A stretch of DNA of 64,000 nucleotides from Lama glama (GCA_028534125.1 CM052832.1:10976001-11040000); one strand, 5' to 3'; counted from the first letter of the stretch, positions 47,391-61,069 are shown. A program made the numbers and translations. The notes: generated by a model not told the origin, from the letters alone.

Positions 47391-49368
47391 CACTGCCTGA
47401 TACAGAAAATGAGTGAGACTTAAAGGAGGAGGAGAAATTGGCCAAGAAGAGAAGGGTGGGAGAAAGAGGGAAAAGTGTTCTGTTAAAATGCAAAGGTCTG
47501 CATGAATTCAAGGAATGAGACATTCTGTGTGGGTGGGGAACGCTGGATAGGGTAGGAATATTCACCATGCATCTGAACACTTGTACAAGATATTTTAAGG
47601 CAAAACTCCCTTCTGATGGAGCTTATACCCAAGGCGAGGCGTTGGAAATGAGGGGTACTTATGATCTTTGTTCCACATTTTCAGGGTCCAGCCTGTCATT
47701 GTGTCCTTGTTGGCACCTGCTACAGAAAAGATGGAGAGCCTAGCTTGAGAAAGTTCAGGACGCTCAAACCCCTGACTTTTCTGTTGGCAAGAGTGAGGAA
47801 TTTCCAATATTTCTCTCCAAGATCTACTTAGATAATTTACTAGGTCCCTGAACTGACTGGACCCTGTTAAGGATTTATTTGAAACTCTCAACACCCCCTC
47901 AATGAGGAACAGCTAGGTAGTGGTCCTCAGGACCTTATCCCAGTGAGGTAGATAGTAGCCATGGCTATTTTCATTACCTGCACCAGTTTTACAATAGGAA
48001 GGAACGGACTGAGGTTTTAACAGCAGGAATCATTACTTTCCACCCACGTGTGATTTTGGTTCAGAAAAATAGAGGCCAGTGTTAAAATGATTTAAATTCT
48101 GACAACTAGAATACCACGAGCTCTCCCAGTGTTATCATCCCAGTCTCCTGATATCTGATTGTATTTAGTGGAGCCCTGAAATAATTTGTAGGTAGGGCTC
48201 CATCTGAAATGAAGGCAATCGAATATTCAAGATCTTATAAGACCATCCTCCAGACTAAAGTAGTGGTGACTCCCTTAATCAGTTTTCCTAGCTCTGAATC
48301 CCCTCCTCTACCCTGCAGGGCTGGTAGGGCAGGTGTACCATAGTACTTGTTAAAATTCGCAGGGCAAGAATAGAGTGAACGCTTAGGATTTGTCCACTGT
48401 GGTAGGTTATTAATCAGAACATTATAGATATGAAACTTTAGTTCACAGGAACAACTGTGAAGTCAGGCAGTGGGGCATGATCGAGGGTGTAAATGTGTGT
48501 ATGAGGGGATGGAAGGGTGTTGGAGGTCTTTTTCCCTCTAGACTCCTAGCTCCCAGAGGGTAGAAACAGTCATTTATCTTCCTACTCCTAGTGCTTGGCA
48601 TTACAAGAACTCAAGTGACTGAGTGAACTCTTACAGCATAACTGATTTCCTGTCTGTTGCTTCTGATCATAAATAGAGCTAGTCAAAAATGAATGAGCCT
48701 ACTGAAAGGGCTTTTCCTGACTGAACTTCACTTTCCTTCCCCCTCCCTGCTTTGGTCCACCTTGTGCCAATGACCTGAATTCTCCAGATCTAGCCTTTCT
48801 GACCTCACTGGGGAGAGGAGTTAGAGCTGTGACTAAGTCCACCAGAACACCATAGTCTATTAAAAGCATCAGTTCATCAAAGTCCACGATGTTAATTTGC
48901 CAGGAAAGAGTCCCACTGGATTAAACTTTTAATTGGTATGAAATGCAGCTCAGAAAACAGGGGTCTGGGGGAAATTTTATTCTGCCGCCTGACAGTAATT
49001 AACCAACCTCCTCCAGAGTTACTACCCCCAGGAGTATCAGAGTTGTTAAATTACCAGGCAAGGGGAAATTCTATTATCCAGAAGCCCAACCCTTACATAT
49101 TCCCAGTTCTCTCCTCCACTCCTTCCCTGTCTTTCTCTGAAGGAAGTTGTAAATGAGCTATCTCTGACCCAGAGCTTCCAAAGGCTGTCAGGGACACCCC
49201 AGCCCCGCCACTGAACTATGCCTAACAAATCGCCATCCCTTTGGGTGCTAGATCATCTCCAATTTATTTTCAGCGTCAAATATGTGGGAATTCTTTAGCC
49301 ACTGACATTCTAGGATTTCAACATTTTCCTTTGCCTTCTCTACAAATCAGGATTATGGGGCAGTGGTG

Positions 49369-49708
49369 CAGTCATACCTTGATATCTATGGGGAGATGGG
49401 TTCCAGGACCCCCATGGATACCAACACACCGTGGATGCCCAAGCCTGTTACATAAAATGACATGGTGTTTGCATATAACCTATGCATATCCTCTTTAAGT
49501 CATCTCTAGGTTACTCATAATACCTAATACAAAGTAAATGCTATACAAGTAGTTGTAAATACAGGGTAAAAACTATGTAAATAGATGCCAGCACACAGCA
49601 AATGCAAGTCTGCTTTTTAGAACTTCCAGGGATTTTTTTTCAAATATTTTCAGTCCAAAGTTGGTTGAATCTGTGGATGCAAACCCTATATATCTGGAGG
49701 GCCAACTG
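49369..49708 (+). mobile_element. TcMar-Tigger MER2-like element
   Basis: TIRs cagtcataccttgatatc / tatctggagggccaactg followed by TA. Confidence 0.85.
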
Positions 49709-49719
49709 TATATTCGTAG

Positions 49720-50500
49720 AGTACAATAAAAATAACAGTAATATAAAGTCAACAGGGGAAGGCAAATTATAGCATTCTTCCTACAATGAAATAAAAATAA
49801 AAATGTACACATTAATATAAATATAAAAGTAAAAAAAGAATGATCTGTGGATACATGTGATCATGTGGGTGAATCTGAAAAATACTAGATTCAGTGAAAG
49901 AAGCCAGACACAAGAGAGAAATTGTTTCCATATTTATGAAGTTCAAGGATGGGCAAAAACTAATCTAATGTGAAAGAAATCAGAATACGGTTTGCCTATG
50001 AGAGGTAGGGATAGGTGTTGACTACTAAAAGGGCGCATGAGGGAACTTTCTTAGGTGATGAAAATGGTTTATATTTTGAGTAGGTGATAGTTCAGCAGGT
50101 AGTTCAGCATTTATCAGAATTCACTTGGCTGTACACTTGAGATATCATCTGACCAATAAAATAAAATTAGGCTTGAAGGGAAGAAATACACATACCCCTT
50201 TAACAAATTCTCACGAGTAGAATTTGTTATTAGACAAGTGTATAAAAGCAGTCATTGTAGTGCTTATAATAGGAAAACGTACACAGAAATACAATTTAAA
50301 TACCTGGCAGTGTGATTAAATCATGGCAGCTCCATACAATAGAATGTTCTACCACCATGAAAAAAATCATGTTGAAATGTACTTTGACATGTGAAAATAC
50401 AAAATGTAATGAATTAAAAACAGTGCAATCTCACTTTTGCAAATATTAAATCTAAGAGTGGCTTTTCTGGGTCGGTTTTATTACAGGCAACATTTTTGTT
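49720..50500 (+). mobile_element. Old L1ME/MD 3' end fragments
   Basis: 'agtgaaagaagccagacacaagagag', 'gagggaactttcttaggtgatgaaaatg'. Confidence 0.7.
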
Positions 50501-52307
50501 TTTCTGAGTTCTGTAGAGTATGTAGCAGAAGATGTGTCTTTAATCAGTGGTCATTAGTTTAAAAATACCTAATTGTTATGCATTTTTAATTAGACTTGGA
50601 GGTCATCCACCACAGTGCCTAGTGCCTAGATGGCCAACGTTCAGAACCTGTTCTTTCTCCATTTCTTTTCCTTCCATCCAGGCTCTCAATCTTGGGTTCT
50701 TCTCTCTGGACTAAACCCAGAAGTCCTGTATTTCCTTCTCATTAACACACAGCCACCGTTTAGTCCAGAAGGGAATGCTTTTGTACTTTCTTCAGGGTGT
50801 GAACTTTGAGTCTCCTACCAGGTCTAGTCTGCTGCCACACTCCCGGACCTGTGCACTCCGTCTTCCATGAAAGTGCAGAGTTACCTGGTTGAAGTCTGTT
50901 TACCTTTTTAAGGGCCAGCCTGGTGGGGCCTTGCTCCCACTGGCAGGACCTGGCCTCAGGTTCTGTGTGAGGTGCCCACGCACTGGTCACATTCGGATTC
51001 TTCCCCGCCTCAGATTGTGGCCGCGGCTCCACACTGCACCACCCCGCTCTTCTCCTTCCAGCACTTCCTCTGGGCTCACAGCCCAGCACTTCTCTTTCCC
51101 TGTCTTCTACTCTAGGTTTTCCGATCCCGAGATTCTCAGCTCCAGGTGCCTGTGTATCTCCATACTTTCTGCAAAGGGGTTGTATACTAAGTGGAATAGT
51201 GCCCCCCTCCAAATGTCAAAGTCCCAGCCCCCAGAACCTGAGACTCTGGGGAGATTCTCCAAAAACTCTAAGCTCATTTGATTTATAACTGATAATCTGA
51301 CCTTACAGGTCAGGTGAGGCTTCAATAAGAGTGAATGTGAAAGTGTTTTGTGAACTTTAAAACACTAATAAATATCAGCTAGGATTTCCCTAGCTGTATA
51401 GGATCAGCCTGGACGCAAGAGCATAGTTCCCCACAGCTCAGCCTCTGTCCCGCACCTGCACTGCCCTTTCTCTGCCCCCTTCATCTCCGTGACATGGTCT
51501 CCCCCTTCTCCAGCCCCTTTCCCACCCCCATCAGGACTGACAGCATCTCCTCCAGTCTCCCCTCCCAAGCTGGCTGTCAGCCCAGCCTGAGGGATTAGAG
51601 GCTCCAGGAAGATGCTGCCCTGTGGGAGGAAGGGGAATTGAGAGCACAGTGTCCCCAGACACAGAGGGAACTAGTGCTCAGAAGCATCTTTTCCTGTAAA
51701 ATCAAATTGCATCTTCCCTGCTGCTCTGGCAAATGAAGTTTAAATATTTAACAAGAATGTCGGCACCATTTGGGTGGCTGTGGGTCCCCCACAGATGAGA
51801 CCTCAGGGGGAGGAAAACTGCCTCTAGCCTGCACGTTCCATGACCTGGTCAGAGCAGGCCTGCGCCTCTTCCTTGCACACCCCACGGAACCATCTGGCCT
51901 GGGCTGGGCTGCCGCTCAGCCACCTTGCCACCCAGAGCCTGAATGGGGCTACCTGCCATCAGGTGGCTGGGAGTCAGGTGTCAAACTCCTCCCTTAAATC
52001 AGAGGTGTCATTCAGCTCAGCCCTGTGTGTAGTGGGTTCTGGAGAAAGATGCTAATACGGTTGCTCACCAGCCATGAAAAAGGGCTGCCTGTGCCCTGGG
52101 GTGGGAGTCCGCATTCCCTAAAAGGCCAAGAGGCTTTTCACTCTCTCTCTACTTTCTCTGACAGACCATGGATGATCGCAGGCCCCCAGTACATGACTTT
52201 TCCAAAGAAATATATCAATAGAGTAATAAAATATTAAACTGTAAAATCTATGAAATGTATTTATAATGATAAACTGTATTTATAAACATATTTTAAAGTT
52301 ATAAACG

Positions 52308-52610
52308 TCAGTCAAGATTCCAACCGAAACAGATGGCCCACTTGCATTAGAAGTCGCATAAAGAGGAAGGCTGATATGTAAGTGGGCTCTTTGCAGGAGG
52401 AGGACGAGGTATCAGACTCACAAAGAATAATGCGCTGCCCTATGGCAATAACAGTGGAGCTGTTGCCACCCCTCAGCCTGCTGGAATGAGGCATGGAACC
52501 CTGAAAAGGAGAGGCATATCCTACCGGCTGCCTGGGGAAATGTCCTGCGAACAAAGTTATTGAATGCCACTGCAGAGAGACTCTTTGCTTCCAAGAAACT
52601 CTGCTTAGAA
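52308..52610. mobile_element. Ancient LTR fragment
   Basis: 'gtcagtcaagattccaaccgaaacagatggccca'. Confidence 0.45.
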
Positions 52611-55510
52611 AGGGAGGCAGTTACCAAAGGCAGTGCAGTATGATGACACTTTGTAGATGTTTCTAGTAAATAGCTAAGAGGGTCATCAAACCTCTCTCGT
52701 GGGAAGGGGGTTAGGAAGAAGAGGACATGACTGGCAACTTTACAGAGGACAGCTGGACTGGATTTGGAGAGATAAAGGCATTACCCAGGTCAGGTGGGGA
52801 AGGGAGTCTTAGGTGAGGGAGAAGTGGTTGGGGTTGGCTACATGGCATTTCTTGGGAATGGCTGGAGCTCTGACATGGCTGCAAAGGTTTCAGGAAATCA
52901 GAAGATGCCTCATTCAATGATACACAACCAAAACTTACCTTCCCCTCCTCCATACCCACTTCAGTGAGAAACGGGGCATTTGGTGAGGGGAGCTACTGGT
53001 AAAGCTGTTGTGTGGTTACACACCCATGCAGCTGATGGCAAACCCAAAAAGTCTGAGTTAACGGCTTCAGGTTAGTGTTTAGACCTCTGCAACCCTCCTC
53101 CCACTTCCTTCCTGGGGTCTCTCAAGCCAGGAGGATAGTCAGATATGAAAAGGCAGAAGGTTTGTGCAGGAAGAGAGTGAGCAGTCTTGAGGGTCTAAAG
53201 ACGGTAGACCACATCCTCTCTGTAGTTCTTGCCTGTGCTCAGATGCATGAGTTCCCATCCCTGGTCCCTACAGGTGGGATAAAGGTCCTACATTCCCTTC
53301 CTATTGATCCCCACTCTTAGGCTGCCTCTCCCATGCCAGGGGCTTATAGCATCTAAGAATCAATCCTAGGGAAGGAAAAAATACCAATCCCTAATATATA
53401 CATCTCCAAGGTACCTACTTACCTGATTCCCTCTAAATATTTTCACCTGTCTTATGAACATCTTTTAACAAGGTAGCATCTGACAAAACCACCCATGTTA
53501 AAGGGGAAGGTCACTAATCTACCAGCATCTACTCTTCCTAGTAATGCAGATAGTTCTTTAAATTATTAAGATGGAACATGGAACTGACAAGCTTTGAAAG
53601 GGTTGAGGGGAGAAGATGGAAAAATGTTTGGTTGTGGGATGCTGAATTAGGGAAGGTTTTGCAGCCTAGGGGTTCTAGATAAGTAAGAAGGATCACCCAA
53701 CAGAGGCTTGAATTCATAAAGTGGTTACTTGCCTGTTTGTGTCTTGGTTTCGTTCTTATCAGGCTAGAACTGATAGGTTTCATTGGAAACCCTCCTGGGG
53801 CAGAACCTCTGATGGTGAGTCTGTACTCCATCTAGGCTGCTTGGGGAATTCAGTTAAAACTGCCTAAGAAGAGGCATGGTCTTGATAACTATGGGTTGGG
53901 CATAGAGGAAATTGACAGGAAGATGGTTCCCCGACAAGCCCTGTGTTTCTTTACCTTGAGGGTGGCCGGGAAAGTGGAAGGAAGGTACAGATGGAAGGTC
54001 AGAAGGACCGGCCCAGACCTTGAATGGGATGGCTTGACCATGGAAGTCATCCTGGCCTGGGTCACTGAACCCTGTGAGCCTTAACTTCCCCATCTGAAGT
54101 TGCATGGGGAACACCTGACGCTCTCACACAAGGTTCAGCAGGTACAGAGAAACTTTGCAACTGTGCTGAAGGATGAGCTGTCACCAGAGCTAGCAAGGTG
54201 CTGAACTAGCCAGTGTTAGCTCCTTCCCCCGAGATTAGTACTGGAAAAACCGAAGCAGGAAACACCAACAAAGGAGGAAAGTGAGAAAACCCTGCGGGGT
54301 AGAAAGTAGGTTCTTCTTGGGGGTGGGGGAGTGTGTGTACACAAAGAGGGGAAAAAGCCCTTACAGTCCTGATCTTGGCTTTTTTTTGTAACTTGGAGCA
54401 AAAAATATCCCATGCTGAAGGTCCCACCAGGGCTGCAGAAAATAGGAGACCGACTGACCTCAGGCAGTTGCTTCTGGCAAAGTTCACTGTCTTTACTCCC
54501 AGGATGGGGGAATTGTAAGATCTCCTCATTCTGCTGCTTTTGTCTGAGGAGAAAGGTAGTAAGTCAAGAAGTCAGAAAATAAGCAAATAAACCCAAAGAA
54601 ATTTAAAATATGATTTAAATGATAGAAATGAATAAAATAGAAAACAAACCTTCAATAAGAGAAGCCAACAAAGACAAATTGTTGAAATTAGTAACACACT
54701 ATACACCTCTGAATATGACTGATAATCAAGACTCAAATAATATAAATAAAATGGCTGCCCTGTGTTGCTCCCATAGGCTTGAGGGGCAAGGGGAGCTGGT
54801 GTGAACATGATCATATTTCCTGCTGCTCCCTGAGGAACAGTGTTAACCAGGAGCCTGTGTCTTCACCAGAGTCTGTCTCCTGCCAAAGCTAAGGCAGGCT
54901 AATTTACTAGCTTACATGGAGGGTAAAAATCTCAGACCCTTCAGTTCATGATAGTTATCTGAAAATCTCATGATAAAGTATGTAATATCCTAGAGCCACT
55001 TATGATAGAAATTCTTAAATAGGGAATCATTAAAAGCATTCATTTTAAAGATAGAAATAAAACAAGAATTTTCACTATTTAATTCAACATTGTATTGACA
55101 GTTCTAGCCAGTGCAATGATGAGAAAAATACAGGCATATGGACTGGAAAGGAGCAAATAAAACAGTCATTGATTATAGAAGGTAATTTATGTATAGATTC
55201 CTTCAAATTTATTAGAAATAATATGTATTAAGTCTGAGTATAAGAGTAGTATATATATATATTCAAATTTGGTTGTATTTCTAGATACTAGCAGGAAATA
55301 AGTAGAAAATGTAGTTGAAGAGTAGATACTGTTTACAACACTATCAGAGAATACAGAGTATTTAATAATAAATCTAACAAAATAAGTAACACCTCTATAG
55401 GGAAAATAAACCTTAAGACATATTTTTAAAGATTTAAACAAGTGGAGAATTTAAAAATATTTCAACAAATGCAAAGTTGTAGCATGTTTATTTATTGAAA
55501 GCTTAATGAT

Positions 55511-55671
55511 GGGGGAGGGTATAGCTCAAGTGGTAGAGCACATGCTTAGCATGCACAAGGTCCTGGGTTCAATCCCCACTACGGCCTTTGAATAAATAAA
55601 TAAATAAACCTAATTACCTACCCCCTGCAAAAAAAAAATATATATATATTATATATAAATTTAAAATGAAA
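55511..55671 (+). mobile_element. tRNA-Ala(AGC)-derived camelid SINE (vic-1 type)
   Basis: A box tagctcaagtgg, anticodon arm cttagca, B box ggttcaatcc, (aata)n/A/AT tail; exact TSD gaaagcttaatgat (55497-55510, 55672-55685). Confidence 0.92.
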
Positions 55672-56628
55672 GAAAGCTTAATGATGGAGTTTTTATAAAA
55701 CTCAGTAAGATGATTTTACATTTTATATGGGATGGTAAATGGCCAAAAATACTCTCCCCAAAAGAGAGGAGAGAGTCTGTACCAGACATAATCACTATAT
55801 ATGATGCTATGTTAATTTAAATAGGTGGTACTGACAAAATAGACAAATAGAATAGGGAACCCCAGAAACATACCACAACAACAGGATGTCATTTATGGGT
55901 GAAAAAAATGAGTTTTCAACAAATATCCCTGGAAAATTGTAACCATAGGGAGTAAAGTCAAATTGAACTTCATCTCACACAACTCTCAGACAAACACACG
56001 CACATCCAATAACTTCACGTGAATTAAAGGGTTCATTTATATTTCCTGAGGATTTTGAAGTTTTATTTTTTGAAAACAAGAGTTAGAAAATTTTTCTTAA
56101 TATGGAAAAAGCATTAACCATGAAAGAAACTGAGAAACCAGACTGTTAATATGAAGAATTTCTCATCCATAAAGTGAAGACAAACTACAGAGATCTCTGC
56201 AATAAATACTTGTATGTATATGTATATTTCTGCAATATATAATTATAAAAGACTAGTATGCAGAATATAAAAAGTCCTATAAGTACATAAGCAGCAGGTA
56301 GCAAAGACATAAATGGGCAGTTCACAGAAGATTAAGCATGGCCAATAAAACAAGACAGTCATCAGTGATCAAAAAAGTGCAACTCAAGATCACCATGAGA
56401 TATGATTTTATACCTGTTCAACTGGAAAAAAAAATCTTGAAGTCTCACAATACTGAGTTGGAAAAGCTGTGCCTCCACCAGATTTCTTATCACACAAGTA
56501 GAAGTGTAATTTGGTACAATCACTTTGGAAGATAGCACTAATAAGTGCCACAATGTGCAAAATTCTTTGCATACATGTATGCAAATAATACATAGATACA
56601 TGGGAGAGGAACTGCAGGTTGTGAAGTT

Positions 56629-57047
56629 TGTGGCATTATCTCCTAAAGCTGAATATTCAGACTCTTTCCTGAATATATCTAGTTCTCCCCTTTTCTGTGG
56701 AAATGAACATCCCGGCCGCTTGTGACTGGGTGGGTCCATGGGTCTAGTTTTGGCCAGTGAGTTCTAAGCGGAAGTGATATGTATCACTTCCATGCCAGAG
56801 CACAGAAACGCTGAGGCCAGATCTTTCAGGGCTCTCTTCTTTGCCTCTGGCAGGCCTCCTGTCAACATTTGAAGTGGTGACAGTTTTGTCAGCCTGGTTC
56901 CTTGAGTGAGTATGATGAACAGAGCCTTCCTTCTTGACTACAAAGGACATTTAGCATGAGTGAGAAATAGTCCTTTGTAGTTTTAAGGCTGAGATTTTAA
57001 AGGCCGTTTGTTACTGCAGCATATTATAGCTTATTCTGACTAACACA
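56629..57047 (+). mobile_element. MLT1-type MaLR solo LTR
   Basis: 'tagttttggccagtgagttctaagcggaagtg...gcatgagtgagaaatag...gttactgcagcat...ctgactaacaca'. Confidence 0.75.
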
Positions 57048-57939
57048 GAGACAACAGGAGACATGTAAGACTGTTCACAGCACTGTTATTCACAGTGGCC
57101 TTGGAAGCAATCCAAATGCCTGTCCCCTGAAGGAGAATGAATAAATTACAGTATATTACTGTGGGAGGTTATTCAGCAGCAAGAACAGAATGACTGCTGT
57201 GACCTATTACAATATACATGAACCTTAACTATGTAAATAAAGTGGAAAAAAATCCCAAAGATAATTTTTAAATATAGCATATATAATTACCTAAGATGAC
57301 ATTGTTATAAAATTAAAAACGCTAAAATGCAAACGAATATTCTTTATACCTATAAAGATAATAAAATTGTTCAAAAAGGAAAAGCATAAAAGTAATAAAC
57401 ACAGGATTCAGGATGGAGGTTACTGGAGGCAGGAAGAGCAGGGGCATGGGATGGATAAAACTGCATTGTTAGATGTAGGTTACTGTCAAGATCTTAATTT
57501 GGAAGGAGTGGAGGCTATAAGTATTAGTAAAAATAGCTAAGTGTCACATTATTCATGGATTCATGATGAATGCTTTATAAACCAAGATTATAGTTAATCC
57601 ATAATCCAATTCTATGTACATGAGATTTTTTAAAAAGCACGATGAAGGAGCTGGTTCTGTTGTAATTATCTCCATGAAAAGAGGGCTACGTATGTGGAGG
57701 GATTCTCAGACATCCAGAGGTTGAGTTAAAATAGGCACGTGCACCATCCACCAGCATTAAGCCCTGAGAGTAGTGTGACCTAAAGCCAGGGAATCGTTCT
57801 ATTTTTTATTTCTTTTTATAGGATCTCAATCAGCCTGAGAGCTCATATATCCTATTCCTTTCCCTATAAGGCTGAGTTGAATACCACAGTTACAGGCTGA
57901 GTGGGAGATAATTTCTGCATGAAACAAAACCAGTGAACA

Positions 57940-59022
57940 AATGTCATGGTTACTGATCTGTTGAGCATCCTCCTCCTTTGTCCTGTTCCTTTACCAGGCA
58001 TTGTTCCTGAGACTGGAAATAGGACGGTACAAAAGAGAACCCTGGAAGGCAGAGAAATCATAGTTTTCTGGGAGTTGTGGGCAAGTAAACTGGTGCTGAA
58101 TAAAGTCCCTAATCCAGACTGTTGATGGGAGAAAGAGATGACATCCAAGCTAAGACCTAAGGTGCAAGTCGGATCTATCCAGATAAAGGGTTGGGATGGT
58201 AGGGATTGAGGGTAGAAGATAGAGGAGGGAGAGCATATTTCGGGCAGAAAGCGGCACAGTAGTCCCCCTTTATCCACAGAAGATACCTTCCAAGACCCCC
58301 AGTGGATGCCTAAATCCACAGGTAGTACCAAACCCTATATATACTCTATGCTTCTCTCTAAACATACAGGCCTATGATAAATCGTAATTTCTAAACCAGG
58401 CATAGCAATACATTAACAATAATAATAAAATAGAACCATTAGGTACTGTAACAAAAGTTATGTGAAGGTGATACCGTGACAGTCGGTCCCATAACCCAGA
58501 TGGCTAAGTGAGTAGTGGGTGGGTGATGTATACAGCATGCATATGCGGGACAAGGGGGTGATTCACATGCCAAGCAGGACAGAGCAGGATGGCGTGAGTT
58601 TTCATCACATGACTCCGAATGGCTGCAATTTAAAACCTATGGATTGTTTCTTTCATGAAGTTTTCATTTAATACATTTTTGGACCACAGTTGACAGCAGG
58701 TAACTGAAATTGTCGAAAAGCCAAAACCATGGATGTGGGGAGACGTCTGTATGTGTAAACCTTCAAGTGAAGGAGGTTTGAATAACCATAAATTTCAGTC
58801 TGGCTGGACTGAAAAGAGCCACAGGGAAGAGGGCTGGAGGAAATGTGAGGACAGATCATGCAGGATCTTGTAGGAGTTTGGACTTGGGCCTGAGGGCAAT
58901 TAATCACACTAGAGTGTGCTAATCAGGGGAGCAATAGCAGATTTGCATGCTAGAAAAGTGGCTCTGTGCTGCTGTGTGCAGAACGGATTATAGGGGCGTA
59001 TGGCAGGGAGATCGTTTCGAGG
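57940..59022. mobile_element. LINE-2 fragment interrupted by MER44B
   Basis: 'gatgacatccaagctaagacctaa' and 'agatcatgcaggatcttgtagg...gctagaaaagtggctctg' on either side of the Tigger element. Confidence 0.65.
58257..58749 (+). mobile_element. TcMar-Tigger MER44B-like element
   Basis: TIRs cagtagtcccctttatcc / ggatgtggggagacgtctg followed by TA; paralogue of 10866-11340. Confidence 0.85.
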
Positions 59023-59023
59023 G

Positions 59024-59460
59024 TGTATCAGGCTTCCCACGGGAAACAATACGTACGGCACACTGACAGGATTTTATTGAAGAAGAGTTAATGAAGGGCT
59101 ATTTATGGAGGTGTGGGCAGATTAAGACAACCCAGAAAGGGGGGAGCAGCCACCGTGAGAGCCGTTACCACATCAGTCCCGTAAGGTCAAGGGGAGGGAG
59201 TCAGAGCCATGGGAGAGGGGCCACCTACCAGAAGCTGTGGCTGTAGAAGAGTACCACCATTGCCCAGGTAACACTCAGCAGGTGGGGAGAGGGAGAGGAG
59301 GCCTCTCCCCTGTGACCTCAGCCGCTGTTTCCCACTGCCCTAACCTAACCAGAAGACAGATGGTATGGAAACCTCCTGGGTGACACAGTCTGTGGGGGTC
59401 AGCCTCCTGGGGCACAGAGAAGGAAGTGGAGGGCCAAATGAAGGCAAGTTTGCAGAGGAA
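59024..59460. mobile_element. Ancient eutherian LTR (Gypsy/ERVL-type)
   Basis: 'tgtatcaggcttcccacgggaaac...ttaatgaagggctatttatggaggtgtgggcag'. Confidence 0.55.
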
Positions 59461-61069
59461 GCTCTAGTGGTTGATCCCAGCATTGTGGTAGCCTAAGACA
59501 GGCATGGCCCAGGAGACAAAGAGAAATGAGATGACTTGAAAGAGATTAAGTCTATATAAAAATAGACTTGCAGTCAATAGAGGAATGGGCATAACAGCAC
59601 TACAGACGTGGACTTGGAAAGAAGGGACCTCCTTTCCCCACTCCATGAGGGAGCACGAGGACAGAGGAATGTTTCCTCCCCTTAGCATCAGCTCACTGCT
59701 CTGTAGGAGCGGAATGGCTGATGCCATAGGTCAGAATCTGACATCCACAGGGCTGTTGACTAGTGGGCAGGGTCACTGCCTCAGTGCTCTTACGTGGCAT
59801 GGTTTCCCTTCACTCTCCTTCACACCCAGGAACCTCCTAAGACAGGCTGGCCAACCTTATCAGTGGGTGGAATTGGTCAGCTGAGCCAGGGCCCCTGTCG
59901 TTCTCAGGTCCTATATTCCATCCAGTGATTCTGGGCGTGTGTATCTGCTTTACAGTCCTGATCTCTCCTCTAAGGGTTAAGTTCTAGACTTGCGAGTTGG
60001 AGGAGGAAGAATCTTAGGAAATTGGGGTTCCGATCCAGGCCACATTCTGCAGTCCACCACTACCAGCAACCAGGATTCTAGCTTGATCTCTGATGAGCTG
60101 TCTCTGGTGTTTACCTTCCAGCTGTCTCTGAGAATTTAGAAAAATGAGTGACACCCCCGAAGCCCCCATTACATTGTCCACACATGCTGTTGGGATACCA
60201 GTCACATGGGCTTCTGAGTGAACCTGTCTGAAGTTCACCAGCACATGTCCACTAATGTCCTGCACAGCAGGGAGGACTTTTAGACGGTAGTCAGTCAGGA
60301 AGTTGTCTTTTTGCTAAAGAGAAACACAGTATAGAGACACCATCACTGGTGGATGTCACTCATTTCACAAAGTGTATATATATATATTTTAAGAGAAGTA
60401 AATTGTATTCCAAATCACAGGGATTTGCAGTAGCAAATTGTGGATAGCTAGAACTATGAAAACATAGCTGATTAAAGCTGAGCAGTACGTGTATGTATCT
60501 TGTACGTGTGGGTGTGTGTAAATAATCACTTGTATGAGCAAAGTTCACCTCATGCCTCTCTCCTGCACTATAACAGAGGATCTAACACAGATCAGTATGG
60601 GGTATAGGATCCTCAGAGGAGGGTCAGCAAATACAGCAACCAAGGTGGGAAAGGGGCAGGGACCTGGACAGGATTCATCAATTTGCTATGACAGGATCAG
60701 CAATACTGGGTTCATGCCATGCATCTGTAGCTTGAAATAATGTTTGTAAACCAAGCTTAATGTAACAGCCTACCAGCCACTTTAAATTTATTCACGCCTA
60801 CTTGTTCCAAAAAAAAAAGATTGTACATAATATGAAATATTTGCAATTTGTAAAACCATTCTCTTGTCTTTATATGAAGTCTAAAGTTCAAGAGCCCCTT
60901 TGAGTGTTATAGACAATTAAAGGGGCTTAGTTCAGATATCTGAGCACCAACATGTTCTCTGTAATTGAAGATAATGCTTATTTCTATCCGAGAGCATCAC
61001 ATTTAAATATGCAGGAGAAGCTGAGCTATAAACATAGGGGATTAGTTACAAGAAGCAGGCAATCCCAGT

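Larger units (their letters stand above)
54945..57480 (+). mobile_element. Old L1ME ORF2/3'UTR remnant, host of the SINE and an MLT1
   Basis: 'ttcaacattgtattgacagttctagccagtgcaat', 'gtaatttggtacaatcactttggaa'. Confidence 0.75.

Noticed and set aside
51376..51396. Hairpin cagctagg-atttc-cctagctg with a kB-like core
   Set aside because: An 8-bp stem is expected by chance and the kB match is imperfect
55511..55590. Functional tRNA-Ala gene
   Set aside because: Acceptor stem is degraded, and the A-rich tail and TSD show it is a retroposed SINE
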